DNA of 64,000 bases from Nanobdellota archaeon (GCA_021800365.1 JAJYZA010000001.1:19377-83376), one strand, 5' to 3'; shown: positions 18,557-29,156, counted from the stretch's first letter. Made by a program: numbers and translations. Notes: a model not told the origin generated them from the sequence alone.

Positions 18557-19677
18557 TTAATACGTTGGCCATGTATAAAACTTGCTATGGCTAATTGTGA
18601 TAAACTATCATTTATTATTTTGTCTAATCCGATTTTATTCTCGAATTCTTCCACCTTTATCTTAGATGCAGCTGTTAAAGGCTTCTTTGATACGAGCGAG
18701 CAACAATCCTTGTAGCTTTTTATTGACATTTCATAGGTACTATATAACTTTGCTTTTTCTATAATTTCTTCCTTGTTATGCGACAGGAGCGGCCTAAAAA
18801 TAGGTACGTTGAATCCATAGCTTATCGCATTTATGTTATCCAGAGTTTGTGATGCGACCTGAGAAAGCGAATCTCCTGTTGATAAACCTTTATAGTTATA
18901 TCTATAGCACATTTCTTCCGCGAGTTTCAAAAGAAATCTTTTGAAGAGGACCAATTCATAGCGCGGGTTTATTTCCGTCACCTTTAAATTAAAGAAGTGA
19001 AATGGTACCAAGTATAATCTAACCGGCTCTATAAGCGACAGCCTACTGGCTATCTCTGCTATCTTGCCACTTAAGGCGAGATTACTATCTGGCATAGCAT
19101 AAACGTGAAGGAGGTCTACTGAACAGCCGCGCTTCATCATCTCGATGGGTGCTACAGCAGAATCAATCCCGCCAGAGAAAAGAGAGATTATATTACCGGC
19201 GCTTCCAACAGGCATACCGCCAATAGCTTTTTCGATATTATAATTCACTATAAATTCTTTATTTGTAATTTCTATTCTAAGGCGATATCCGTCAGTAGAA
19301 AGTTTCAAACCCAAATCTTTTATTAATTTCTGCTTCACTTCGAGAGAGGTTCTTGGAAATGATTTATCTATTCTCCTTACGTCCAAATTAACTTTATTGC
19401 CGTGCCTAGAAACTAACTCTTTTAAGACTTTTATTAACATATCTGTGTCTCTGTCTATGAACATCGCCTTACTAACCCATGAGACACCGGGAGTAAGTTT
19501 GAGTAAATTAAGCGTATTCTCATCACTGTTTCCTAAAAATAGGCGGCCCTGAAGCGTACTGGCTAGATTACCTGTTTCATAGTCTATGTTTTTGCGCAGG
19601 ACGTCCTCAAATTTTGATCTTAATTTGCCTTTTAAGGCTATTTCATTATAGTGTATGCTTATCGCTTCTTTTTCCAT
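18553..19677 (-). CDS. thiI: tRNA 4-thiouridine synthase ThiI
   Basis: YNEIALKG, THUMP region, GGMPVG, SGGIDS PP-loop, TGDSLSQVASQT, RPL, DCC. Confidence 0.92.
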   Translation of the reverse strand: MEKEAISIHYNEIALKGKLRSKFEDVLRKNIDYETGNLASTLQGRLFLGNSDENTLNLLKLTPGVSWVSKAMFIDRDTDMLIKVLKELVSRHGNKVNLDVRRIDKSFPRTSLEVKQKLIKDLGLKLSTDGYRLRIEITNKEFIVNYNIEKAIGGMPVGSAGNIISLFSGGIDSAVAPIEMMKRGCSVDLLHVYAMPDSNLALSGKIAEIASRLSLIEPVRLYLVPFHFFNLKVTEINPRYELVLFKRFLLKLAEEMCYRYNYKGLSTGDSLSQVASQTLDNINAISYGFNVPIFRPLLSHNKEEIIEKAKLYSTYEMSIKSYKDCCSLVSKKPLTAASKIKVEEFENKIGLDKIINDSLSQLAIASFIHGQRIN

Positions 19678-19679
19678 GA

Positions 19680-20111
19680 TCAGATATCCAACACCGCTTG
19701 TGCATGCCACCCATTTCCTTTCTTCTCAACCTCAAGAAGATGCATAGTAACTGCTTTAACATCAACAATCAACTCGTGTTTCTTTGCGTTAAGCTTTTCC
19801 CCTTTCGCCTTACACGATACCACCCATTCGCCGTCTGTCTCCTTTATCACCAACTTAAATCCATTAAAAACAAGCCCTTCTACGTCCTTATAAAAAATAA
19901 GTTTCTCTAAGAAAGCAACAAAAAGAGACTCTAAGTTGCTCTCTCGGAGCGTGAATTCTACGGTCTTTACCTGTTTTATGTCCTTATAATTTCTTATCAT
20001 GCTATTCACTAATGCGTCCGCTGCTGATTTAAACAGCCCTTCTAAGGTGCCGCTATCGGCTTCAAATGCAATGTCCGAAATCGAAATATCATTAAGAAAT
20101 TTAAAGCCCAT
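19680..20111 (-). CDS. Archease
   Basis: DIAFEA..LEGLF, DVKAVTMH, C-terminal LDI; adjacent to rtcB. Confidence 0.92.
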   Translation of the reverse strand: MGFKFLNDISISDIAFEADSGTLEGLFKSAADALVNSMIRNYKDIKQVKTVEFTLRESNLESLFVAFLEKLIFYKDVEGLVFNGFKLVIKETDGEWVVSCKAKGEKLNAKKHELIVDVKAVTMHLLEVEKKGNGWHAQAVLDI

Positions 20112-20158
20112 ATCAATTAGCCGTATGTCCCTACCTATAAATAAGCTTGGTAATCTCT

Positions 20159-21616
20159 TTATTTAATGTTGCCTATAGGCGTAAACCTACAGACTCTTCT
20201 GGATAAATTTAACTGCTCAACGGAATCGACAACGTCCTCTATCGATTTGTACGCCTCTCCGCTTTCTTCTGCCAGACCGGCCCATGTGGCACTTCTTACA
20301 TAGATTCCGTTTGCAAGCATTTTTTGTACTAGCGCTTTTCCATTAAACTTCTCTCTGGCCTTCTTCCTGCTCATAACCCTACCACTTCCATGTGCAGTTG
20401 AATCAAATGTTTGTGAGGCACCTTCACTTCCAACCAACAGATAAGATCCAGTCTCCATGCTGCCGCCGATGATGACGGGTGAACCATCTTTTCTGTATAG
20501 CTTTGGAATTTCTGTCCTACCGGGAGGATAACTTCCTGTGCTTCCTTTTCTATGGACAAGCAACTCCTTCATTTCCCCGTCTACCTCATGTTTTTCAAGG
20601 CTGGCCCTATTGTGTGCTATATCGAATAACTGATGCATTCCTAAAGACTCCGGACTTTTATTAAACACTTCTGAGAAGACCTCTCTTATCTTTTGCAGAA
20701 TTATCTGCTTATTTGCAAAACTTATATTTACGCCACAGCCCATCGCTTTGTAGTATTCCTGTCCCTCTTTTGAATTAAAAGGTGCGCTTGCGAGTTCTTT
20801 ATCGGGAATCTTTATTCCATATTTTCTATTAGATTCTTTTAAAAACGTTTGTATATAATCACTAGCTATCTGGTGGCCTGCGCCCCTGCTTCCGCAATGC
20901 CACATTATTACAATCTGGTTAGAAAATAGCCCCCACTTTTTTGCAAGCCCCCCGTCATGCAACTCGTCTGGTTTTATATACTGGATTTCCAAATAGTGAT
21001 TCCCTGAGCCCAATGTACCCATTTGGCTTAAACCACGGGATATCGCAGTTTTTGAAATCTTTGAGCTGTCTGCCCAGTCAGCGATTCCACCAAGTTCTGT
21101 ACGTCCCAAGTCCTCTTTCCAGCCATAGCCTGCTTTGACGGCCCATTCAGCGCCACCATCCGCCAGCTTCTTGAATTCTGCTTCAGAAAACTTAGTCTTA
21201 CTTTTACTCCCCACCCCCGCGGGTATCTCCTTAAAGAGTCTATCGACAAGTGTCTTTATATGTGGTCTTACGTTCTTTAAGGTTAGATTAGTAACTATTA
21301 ATCTCATAGAACAATTTATGTCAAAGCCGACTATTCCCGGGGAAATTACACCTTCTTTATTTATATCAAACGCGGCCACGCCGCCTATTGGTGACCCATA
21401 TCCTGAATGGGCGTCTCCAAGTGCAAATGCATATTTTTGTATTCCGGGAAGGGTTGCTACGTTTGAGATTTGGTCAAAAACCTGTAAATCCATCTCTTTA
21501 AACAGTTTCTCTGTGGCATAAATTCTAGCAGGTACGCGCATACCATCCTTAAATGTTTTTGGAATCTCCCAAATTGTATCTGATACTCTTGTAAAAGTTG
21601 GTTTTTTAAATTCCAT
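20159..21616 (-). CDS. rtcB: tRNA-splicing ligase RtcB
   Basis: DAHSGYG, VGFDINC, GTLGSGNHYLE, HCGSRG, HN, HRKG, STAHGSGR, AYK. Confidence 0.97.
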   Translation of the reverse strand: MEFKKPTFTRVSDTIWEIPKTFKDGMRVPARIYATEKLFKEMDLQVFDQISNVATLPGIQKYAFALGDAHSGYGSPIGGVAAFDINKEGVISPGIVGFDINCSMRLIVTNLTLKNVRPHIKTLVDRLFKEIPAGVGSKSKTKFSEAEFKKLADGGAEWAVKAGYGWKEDLGRTELGGIADWADSSKISKTAISRGLSQMGTLGSGNHYLEIQYIKPDELHDGGLAKKWGLFSNQIVIMWHCGSRGAGHQIASDYIQTFLKESNRKYGIKIPDKELASAPFNSKEGQEYYKAMGCGVNISFANKQIILQKIREVFSEVFNKSPESLGMHQLFDIAHNRASLEKHEVDGEMKELLVHRKGSTGSYPPGRTEIPKLYRKDGSPVIIGGSMETGSYLLVGSEGASQTFDSTAHGSGRVMSRKKAREKFNGKALVQKMLANGIYVRSATWAGLAEESGEAYKSIEDVVDSVEQLNLSRRVCRFTPIGNIK

Positions 21617-21619
21617 ATC

Positions 21620-22384
21620 TTAAGACATATCATTATACCCGACAAGCACTGGTTTATTGTCTTTTGTCTGTTTTACTTTCTTTTTTATTTTTTCTAATAT
21701 GTCCTTTTTTTCCATTGATTTTGAACATAATATGATCATATTTCCAGAGGTAAATGGATTGTTTATTGTATAAGTTTTAAAATACCTTCTTAAGGATTTT
21801 AAGTAGTGTTCTAAATAAACCAACGCGCTTAAGTTTAATGCATAATTTATTGCTAAAACGCCTTCGCTCTTCAATGCCGAATGCGCTGCTGATATAAATT
21901 CATCTTCAAAAAATGGCTGAGGGATGTGGTCTCCTTCATAAGCATCCAGTATAATTATGTCGTAAAAATCATGCCTTGTCTTTATATATTTAACGCCATC
22001 ATCTACAATTATACTTACCTTATCTAATTTAACGGGTAAAAAATATTTTGCCGCTTCAACCATCTTTCTACTTATCTCGACGATATCAATAGTTACTTTC
22101 TTACCAAAAATCTTCTTTAATTGAAATGCTACGGTTCCGCCGCCCAATCCTATCATTAAAATGCGAGGATTATTAAATAATGCCGGTAATGGTGTAAAAT
22201 AATCCCAGTATGAACCGGTGTAAATAGACTTTTTATTAAGACGAGAGTAAACTACATTATTTAATTTTAAAGCCCTCTCTTCGCCATAGTCTATAACAGA
22301 AATTGTGTCGTCGTTATCTTTCACCGAATATATCTCTTCTTCATGCCTGAAACTTCTAAATAGCCTATTTAAGATTTCTATCAT
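21620..22384 (-). CDS. Spermidine-synthase-like class I methyltransferase fold protein
   Basis: ILMIGLGGG, VEI, DDG, YDIIILDAY. Confidence 0.8.
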   Translation of the reverse strand: MIEILNRLFRSFRHEEEIYSVKDNDDTISVIDYGEERALKLNNVVYSRLNKKSIYTGSYWDYFTPLPALFNNPRILMIGLGGGTVAFQLKKIFGKKVTIDIVEISRKMVEAAKYFLPVKLDKVSIIVDDGVKYIKTRHDFYDIIILDAYEGDHIPQPFFEDEFISAAHSALKSEGVLAINYALNLSALVYLEHYLKSLRRYFKTYTINNPFTSGNMIILCSKSMEKKDILEKIKKKVKQTKDNKPVLVGYNDMS

Positions 22385-22385
22385 A

Positions 22386-24686
22386 TTATTTTATGGTACT
22401 TGGCCACCAATTATATCTAGATAATAGGAACATAAAAGAAGGAATTATAAATAGTATCGAGAGGAAGGTATCTAGAAGAATACCTATTCCTACCATAAAA
22501 CCTATTTCCGCTATAAGAGGTATCCCTGAAGCTGCCAACCCGAAGAATACGGATGCTAATATGGCGCCAAGGCTGAGTATAATTGGACCACTTCTTGAAA
22601 GACCTGATTTTACCGCCTTTATATTAGTCTCCCCTTTTTTTACGTGCTCTCTTATGCGCATTACTAGAAAGATGTCATAGTCTACGCCGACGCCCATTAT
22701 GTTAGTTATTAAGAATACCTGAGCAAAAATTATAAAAGGCAATGACAAAAGAACGTAGAATATAAATATTGTCGCTGCGTTCGCGATTGCGAGTATTGCA
22801 ATGAGTAAAAGCACCAATCTCAATGGAGTAATTAGTGAGAAAAGTATAATAAATAGAATTGCAAATATGACAATGCCAAGTATGGTTATAAGCGGAAAAA
22901 TATCCCCCGATATTGCATTATACGAGCCAGCAAGAAATGTAGTTACGCCGCCCAAGGAATAAGGCTGACCGGTTGCCGTTAAATATGCAACCAAATTGTT
23001 ATACGTGTATATGGCGGGCCTACTAAAGGCTAAACTATTCAAATAAATGTTATAGCTAGTTCCGGACCCATCCGATGGAAACACATAATGAATTCCTGGA
23101 ATGGATTTTATATTATTTATCAATGTAGAAATTCGTGTTGTACTCATCGAACTGTTTAAAAAAACTAGACTTATCGGATTGATTACATCATAGCCAAAAG
23201 AATTCTCAGCCGAGTAAAATGCACTTTTTGTTTGGGAAGAAGGTAATAAACCAAGGATATTAAAACCTGGCGTTATCGTTATGAAAATGTAAAAAAATAT
23301 AACCGATAATATTATGAAAATTGCGATTAATTTACCCGCATTCCTACGATCAAATTCGCCTATTTTATCAAATATTCTACCCGCCACGGTACTGTTATTA
23401 TGTTTAGACGAAACGAACTTGTCGCCAGCGAGATGTAGTAACGCCGGTAAAAATGTGAGTGCAGAAGATAGAACTACCCCTATACCCAAGGCATTCAAAA
23501 TGCCGGAACCGCCTATAAATGGCAGATTAAAAAAAGCGAGAACTGTATATGCACTTATAACTGTAAGGCCGCTGACAAGAACTGCCGTACCTGCCCAACC
23601 CAATGCTAGGCTAGCCGACCGTTTCTGTGTTTTTCCGAGTAGCTTCTCCTGCTTATACCGATAAAGTATATAAATTATATAGTCTGTACACAGCCCAAGC
23701 ATTAGTATTGAAGTTAGAACTGGATCAAAAAATGAAATGGATGAATCTAGTATAAAATGGAATATAATATAAAACAAAGAATATGCGATTACTAAATCTA
23801 TAATGAACATAACAAGCGGCATAAAGGCAGCTATTGGAGATTTAAAGATAAAACCTGTGATAAGGATAGCGATTAGAATCCCTGCAAGTATGGCTATTAA
23901 TGTACCAGATAATGTACTAGCTTCTAAAGAGTTCTCTAGCGGAGATGCGCCAGCGATAAATACACTCTGGCCATAATTTGCTGCTAGAGAAGTTATGGCT
24001 GCGGATGCATTGGAATAGTTTGAAACTCTCATAATCGCTATTGAGGTATTATGCGCGGAATTAACAAACTGTGCTAATGTAGCATTTGATAATGTTATCG
24101 GATAATCAGTAAAAATATAATTATTGTATATGTTTGCCGGGGTAGAATTTTCATATCCACGTATGACTCCGTTAACAAAAGAAAAAAGTGATGCACCTGG
24201 CAAAAGTTCTCCATGCGAAAGCAGTGGAATGGAGACCGATAGATTATTAAAAAGCTTGTATGCGATATCTGTTAAAATCGTATTGTTTAAGGGTTTGCCT
24301 GCGCCTAATTTTAGGTAATAGGTCTCTGCATTTACAGAATATGAATAGATTATCCCGTATATCTTGTACAATGAGGCATTTTCAATCGAATAAAGTGACG
24401 TAACGTTTGCAGAAGGAAATTCTAAACTTAATTTTGTAAAAAATGTTTTTGACAGATTTGAGTAAATATTATTGTTTTGCACGATCAGGGCTATTGTATT
24501 ATCAGCGCTATTGGCAGATGCTGTGCTGCCGTTTGATATTGAATTCCCAGTTATGTTATAAGAAACTACTGAGAAGAAATATGATGCAAATGGAATTGAT
24601 ACAAAGAAAATTGAAACCCAGACGATTATTATGATTTTTTTATGGTTACTTAGCCAGTTATCATATTTTTCTATATTTAGTCGCAT
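22386..24686 (-). CDS. MMPL/RND family transporter
   Basis: Two TM bundles with GLCTDY and GVGVDYDIFLVMRIRE motifs. Confidence 0.88.
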   Translation of the reverse strand: MRLNIEKYDNWLSNHKKIIIIVWVSIFFVSIPFASYFFSVVSYNITGNSISNGSTASANSADNTIALIVQNNNIYSNLSKTFFTKLSLEFPSANVTSLYSIENASLYKIYGIIYSYSVNAETYYLKLGAGKPLNNTILTDIAYKLFNNLSVSIPLLSHGELLPGASLFSFVNGVIRGYENSTPANIYNNYIFTDYPITLSNATLAQFVNSAHNTSIAIMRVSNYSNASAAITSLAANYGQSVFIAGASPLENSLEASTLSGTLIAILAGILIAILITGFIFKSPIAAFMPLVMFIIDLVIAYSLFYIIFHFILDSSISFFDPVLTSILMLGLCTDYIIYILYRYKQEKLLGKTQKRSASLALGWAGTAVLVSGLTVISAYTVLAFFNLPFIGGSGILNALGIGVVLSSALTFLPALLHLAGDKFVSSKHNNSTVAGRIFDKIGEFDRRNAGKLIAIFIILSVIFFYIFITITPGFNILGLLPSSQTKSAFYSAENSFGYDVINPISLVFLNSSMSTTRISTLINNIKSIPGIHYVFPSDGSGTSYNIYLNSLAFSRPAIYTYNNLVAYLTATGQPYSLGGVTTFLAGSYNAISGDIFPLITILGIVIFAILFIILFSLITPLRLVLLLIAILAIANAATIFIFYVLLSLPFIIFAQVFLITNIMGVGVDYDIFLVMRIREHVKKGETNIKAVKSGLSRSGPIILSLGAILASVFFGLAASGIPLIAEIGFMVGIGILLDTFLSILFIIPSFMFLLSRYNWWPSTIK

Positions 24687-24734
24687 AAGTAATTGCTAAT
24701 ACCAGCTAATAATCCGTTATTTATAAACTTACTA

Positions 24735-25112
24735 TTATATCTTTCTTAAACTAACTTGACAATCCTGACCGGGCCGATTAACCACTACGGCGTTACCCGC
24801 GGAAGTTTCTATGACACAACCTTTAGTTATTATATTTCGCCTTGCGTACGCTCTATTTGATTTATTTTCAATAACTTTTATAAGTGTAACTTTGCTATTT
24901 GTTTTAGATTTTGAATCAAAGAGATTGCCTACATTCGTTCTTAATAGTCGAAATTTTCTATGCCCACCAACAGTTCTTATTTCTCTACCTGCATTTTCAC
25001 CAATCTGTAGTGGAACCTCCAAATCGACCAATTCGCTCTTACGCTTGTCTTTGCGTTTACCCTTAAATCCGCCGCCTTTTTTCTTTAAAGTAGATGCAGT
25101 ACTTTTTGACAT
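24735..25112 (-). CDS. rps8e: 30S ribosomal protein S8e
   Basis: GG..KRK.EL, RTVGG, RRNIITKG.VIET, NRPGQD. Confidence 0.93.
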   Translation of the reverse strand: MSKSTASTLKKKGGGFKGKRKDKRKSELVDLEVPLQIGENAGREIRTVGGHRKFRLLRTNVGNLFDSKSKTNSKVTLIKVIENKSNRAYARRNIITKGCVIETSAGNAVVVNRPGQDCQVSLRKI

Positions 25113-25210
25113 ATCTTTATCTTATAATTAAATTAATATATAAACCTTTTATGGTATAAAATTTCGCATTTTAAACATCTTGTTCTAAATTTTGCAGCAA
25201 TTTCGTCGGT

Positions 25211-25837
25211 TCAGGGAATATCCGAAGCTAAAAGTGGAGCCAGAGAGTTTTCTCCTATCACATCTCCCAATACCAATAAATAAATTACTATGTTGTCTTT
25301 TACCCCAATGACCAGTGTAACATTTAAAAACGCATTCGTTGTAGCCATGTATGAATAAATAAGACCATTTGAACTACTATTTATATTTGAAAACCTAACA
25401 AAATCTCTTGTCAAATTTTGTAGCATGTATGCATATAGTCCTGTCGGATTTGAGGACTCAAAAGCCACTTCTATTGCAGTCGCGGTGCGATTGGCCGAGC
25501 GGATGGTGTAATTATATCCCATCCCCCATACGCCAGTTAGACTATTCAAATATTTTACTGGCAGGTTTAAGGTTCCATTAAAAAATTTGATCGAAGAACC
25601 CATGCCGCCAACTTCTTTGTATATTCCACCTGCGCCAAAAAGTAAATTTGCCTGGCTTTGCGTTATTAGTGAAGTACCTGCACCAGTACTTGTGTTCAAT
25701 CCTCCGCCACTAGTCATGGTCTTATTGGGCGCTTTTGAACTAGGTAATCCGATTAGAAGGACAACAATTATAACGACTACTGCAATCCCTATTAAAATTC
25801 CAATTAAAGTTTGGCTGTTTAAGACCTTTTTCATCAT
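25211..25837 (-). CDS. Hypothetical membrane-anchored surface protein
   Basis: N-terminal TM helix, Ser/Thr/Gly linker, many sequons. Confidence 0.65.
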   Translation of the reverse strand: MMKKVLNSQTLIGILIGIAVVVIIVVLLIGLPSSKAPNKTMTSGGGLNTSTGAGTSLITQSQANLLFGAGGIYKEVGGMGSSIKFFNGTLNLPVKYLNSLTGVWGMGYNYTIRSANRTATAIEVAFESSNPTGLYAYMLQNLTRDFVRFSNINSSSNGLIYSYMATTNAFLNVTLVIGVKDNIVIYLLVLGDVIGENSLAPLLASDIP

Positions 25838-25864
25838 AAAACTATGCTCACACGTTTTTAATAG

Positions 25865-26527
25865 TTAATCTTCTATAGATTTTAGTATAACTACTTTTAG
25901 TTTACCTACAAGGAGACTCTCAAATTTTTTAGCATCTGCTATAGTGCCTATTCCTGAACCATAATGGGCGGGTATAGTCAAATCCGCCCTTATTTCCAAT
26001 GCCGCCATTGCTGCTTCCTCTGGCGTCATAACATAAGTGCCGCTTACGGGTAGAAAAGCTATATCTACCTTAACTTCCTTCATTTCGTCTATAAAGTCTG
26101 TATCGCCGCCTATGTAAAGGTGTACTGAATCAATTATAAACACGTAACCAACGTTACCCTTATCTCGTGGATGAAATACTTCCCCCCTCGTTCTAAATTT
26201 ATTTATATTATAAGATGGAATAGTCTTTATTGTTATCCCTCCTATTATCTTGACTTCATTTGTTTCTACAAATAATTTATTTGCGGCTATTGATGAAAGT
26301 TTTTCCTCGCAGTCTTTGGGCGCTACGATAACAGTTTTTGTATTTATTATTTTATTTAGGCTTTCTAACTCTAAATGGTCATAGTGATCGTGTGTTATTA
26401 GAACTATATCGGCATCATTGTATTTCTTACTTACTTTATATGGATCGGTATATACTACCTTATTTTTATTAGCGATTCTAAAGCAGTTATGATGTAACCA
26501 ATCTATTTTTATTCCATGGTACTCCAT
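25865..26527 (-). CDS. MBL-fold metallo-hydrolase
   Basis: ITHDHYDH, FH, GGDTD, IPAHYG. Confidence 0.9.
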   Translation of the reverse strand: MEYHGIKIDWLHHNCFRIANKNKVVYTDPYKVSKKYNDADIVLITHDHYDHLELESLNKIINTKTVIVAPKDCEEKLSSIAANKLFVETNEVKIIGGITIKTIPSYNINKFRTRGEVFHPRDKGNVGYVFIIDSVHLYIGGDTDFIDEMKEVKVDIAFLPVSGTYVMTPEEAAMAALEIRADLTIPAHYGSGIGTIADAKKFESLLVGKLKVVILKSIED

Positions 26528-26628
26528 ATATCATTAATATGATTTATTGATTATAAAGTTATGGAGGAATAATAGTTTAATAAAAACCTCAGATATTCAT
26601 TTTTATATTCCGAATTATAAATAATTAG

Positions 26629-27150
26629 ATGATACTTGGAAACAGGGACATAAAGAAATACTTAGAGGAAGGAAAACTGGTTATATCGCCGCTTACAGAG
26701 GACACAATCAGAGAAAACGGCGTCGATTTAAGAGTCGGAGACGAGATACTTCGATTTAAGCCGACCACAAATCCAATTGATATAAATGATACGGATATGA
26801 TTAAGAGAAGTTATTTGCATGAAAAGGTCGTTGATTCGTTCGTGCTAAATCCGAATGAGAGGGTGCTTATAAAAATAAAGGAGAGTATAAAAATGCCTAA
26901 TAATGTTATTGGATTCTCAAATGTTAGATCTACATTTGCCCGTCTCGGAATTTTTATGCCACCTACGATTGTAGATGCCGGGTTTGAGGGCGATCTCACT
27001 ATACTAATTATTGGCGGAGATATTCCTATAAAAATCGCGCCTGATACAAGACTGTTGTATTTGGTATTTTCCACTACAAAAAGTGAAGTTACAAAACCAT
27101 ATCGCGGAAAATACTATAAAAGCAAAGGTATAACCCACGCAAAGATATAA
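26629..27150 (+). CDS. dcd: dCTP deaminase
   Basis: ENGVDLR, RSTFARLG, VDAGFEG, YRGKY. Confidence 0.88.
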   Translation: MILGNRDIKKYLEEGKLVISPLTEDTIRENGVDLRVGDEILRFKPTTNPIDINDTDMIKRSYLHEKVVDSFVLNPNERVLIKIKESIKMPNNVIGFSNVRSTFARLGIFMPPTIVDAGFEGDLTILIIGGDIPIKIAPDTRLLYLVFSTTKSEVTKPYRGKYYKSKGITHAKI

Positions 27151-27174
27151 ATCCAGACATCTTGAATAATATCT

Positions 27175-27291
27175 ATGAAAAGAAGTTCAAAAAACTGGAA
27201 GAAATACCATAAAGACCGTTGGAAGACGCGGAAAAAGAAAATGCTTGAGAGAAAAAGAAAGCGCAGGCTACTAAGAGAAAGAAGTGCTTAG
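27175..27291 (+). CDS. rpl41e: Ribosomal protein eL41/eS32 (38 aa; not in ORF track)
   Basis: Manual translation MKRSSKNWKKYHKDRWKTRKKKMLERKRKRRLLRERSA resembles archaeal L41e (MKR...WKK...RWK..KK). Confidence 0.75.
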   Translation: MKRSSKNWKKYHKDRWKTRKKKMLERKRKRRLLRERSA

Positions 27292-27399
27292 GTCTTTGAT
27301 AGTGGCATTAAGCAATCCATAATTAAATTAGGGATTTATGTGCACTTTGTTCCACCAGAGATTATTTATTCTGTACATTCCTTGAATCCTTAAGTTAAT

Positions 27400-27526
27400 G
27401 CGGGGATAGCGAAGTCTGGCCCAACGTGCAGGACTTAAGTCCTTGTCTTTATTGTGGAGAATAAGTCCATAAGATAAGATATCCTGTGGCTTAGCGCCCT
27501 CGTGGGTTCAAATCCCACTCCCCGCA
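27400..27526 (+). tRNA. tRNA-Leu(TAA) with a 41-nt intron at 37/38 (27440-27480)
   Basis: GCGGGGA/TCCCCGC acceptor, CAGGA-CT TAA G[intron]A-TCCTG, CUUA/UAAG BHB helix, long variable arm. Confidence 0.9.
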
Positions 27527-27603
27527 GTTTTGTTTATATTAATTATTAGAGAAGGCCTGCTAAGATGATAAAAATCAATTAAGATACGAACATATATAAA
27601 TGA

Positions 27604-27936
<333 letters not shown>

Positions 27937-27940
27937 AGAT

Positions 27941-28168
27941 ATGGATCGAGAAAATGTATTCGTAGGTCTGCCTTATCTCTTTAAAATGCTTTATGAAGAA
28001 TTAAAAAGGAATACGCCTAGATTTGAAGAACAGCATGAGCAGATGAAGCGACTTGCAGAAAATAGCCCAAAACACTTGGGAGAATTAAAAACTAGATTAA
28101 CAAAAATGCAAGAAGAGATAACTATACTTTTTAAGGATCTTTCACAATCCGCACCAAAGAAACTGTAA
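27941..28168 (+). CDS. Hypothetical small helical protein
   Basis: 75-aa ORF 4 nt after the ferredoxin; coiled-coil character. Confidence 0.55.
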   Translation: MDRENVFVGLPYLFKMLYEELKRNTPRFEEQHEQMKRLAENSPKHLGELKTRLTKMQEEITILFKDLSQSAPKKL

Positions 28169-28237
28169 TTTTAATACAGCCGGCTTGGACTTCAGCTTTC
28201 TAATTATTATAAAGTTTATAAAGTTTAATATGCTTAT

Positions 28238-28320
28238 GCAGGGGTAGCGAAGCGGTCAAACGTGTCGGCCTCAAGAGCCGATGGCTTAGGCCTTCGAGGG
28301 TTCGAATCCCTCTCCCTGCA
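28238..28320 (+). tRNA. tRNA-Leu(CAA)
   Basis: GCAGGGG/TCCCTGC acceptor, TCGGC-CT CAA GA-GCCGA, long variable arm. Confidence 0.95.
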
Positions 28321-28326
28321 GTTAAT

Positions 28327-29154
28327 ATGGGCCATATAAAAAAAACCGAAACTCTACATATAATGGTGAAGAAGCACTACACAAAGCCACGAAGAGAGTG
28401 GAGCAGGCATGAAAAGCACGGAGGCATGGAATGGATTACTTCCATATACCTATTAGATCGATATCTTCCAAAAAGGGGACTAATTTTAGATGCGGGAGGC
28501 GGTCCTGGGCGATACACCATCGAACTGGCAAAAAAAGGACACAAAATAATTTTATTGGATCCTTCACAATCACACCTAGATTTTGCTGATAGAATGATTA
28601 AGAAAAACAAGTTAGAAAAACGGGTTATTAAAATCGTGAATGGCAAGATTGAAGATTTATCGGTATTTAAAAAAGAAACTTTTGACGCAGTCATATGCTT
28701 GGGTGGTCCACTGTCGCACGTAATGAGCAAGAAGCTACGCGAAAAAGCGGCCTCTGAACTTATAAGGGTTGCGAAGAGGGGTGCACCAATTTTCGTCTCT
28801 GTAATGAACCGCTTAGCAATAATACGTGGCGAGTTAGTAGACTTTCAAAATGAACTTTTGACTACGTATTTTAGGAATTGGCTCAAAACCGGAGATTATT
28901 TTGGAGGTTATGGTTTTACGCCTATGCATGGATTCATGCCGGAAGAGCTAAAAAATCTTTTCGAAAGAAGAGGTGCAAAGAATTGCAAATTATTCGCTTT
29001 GGAGGGATTTAGTTCGCGTGAGGACAAGGCCATGTTAGAACTATCCAAAAATAAAAGACGCTGGAAAGTATGGATAAAGACACATTTTGCAATAATCGAC
29101 AGGCTGGAGGTAATTGGCGTAAGCGACCACTTCATGCTTATATGTAATAAATAA
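28327..29154 (+). CDS. Class I SAM-dependent methyltransferase
   Basis: ILDAGGGPGRY, LLD, FDAVICLGGPLSH. Confidence 0.88.
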   Translation: MGHIKKTETLHIMVKKHYTKPRREWSRHEKHGGMEWITSIYLLDRYLPKRGLILDAGGGPGRYTIELAKKGHKIILLDPSQSHLDFADRMIKKNKLEKRVIKIVNGKIEDLSVFKKETFDAVICLGGPLSHVMSKKLREKAASELIRVAKRGAPIFVSVMNRLAIIRGELVDFQNELLTTYFRNWLKTGDYFGGYGFTPMHGFMPEELKNLFERRGAKNCKLFALEGFSSREDKAMLELSKNKRRWKVWIKTHFAIIDRLEVIGVSDHFMLICNK

Positions 29155-29156
29155 GA

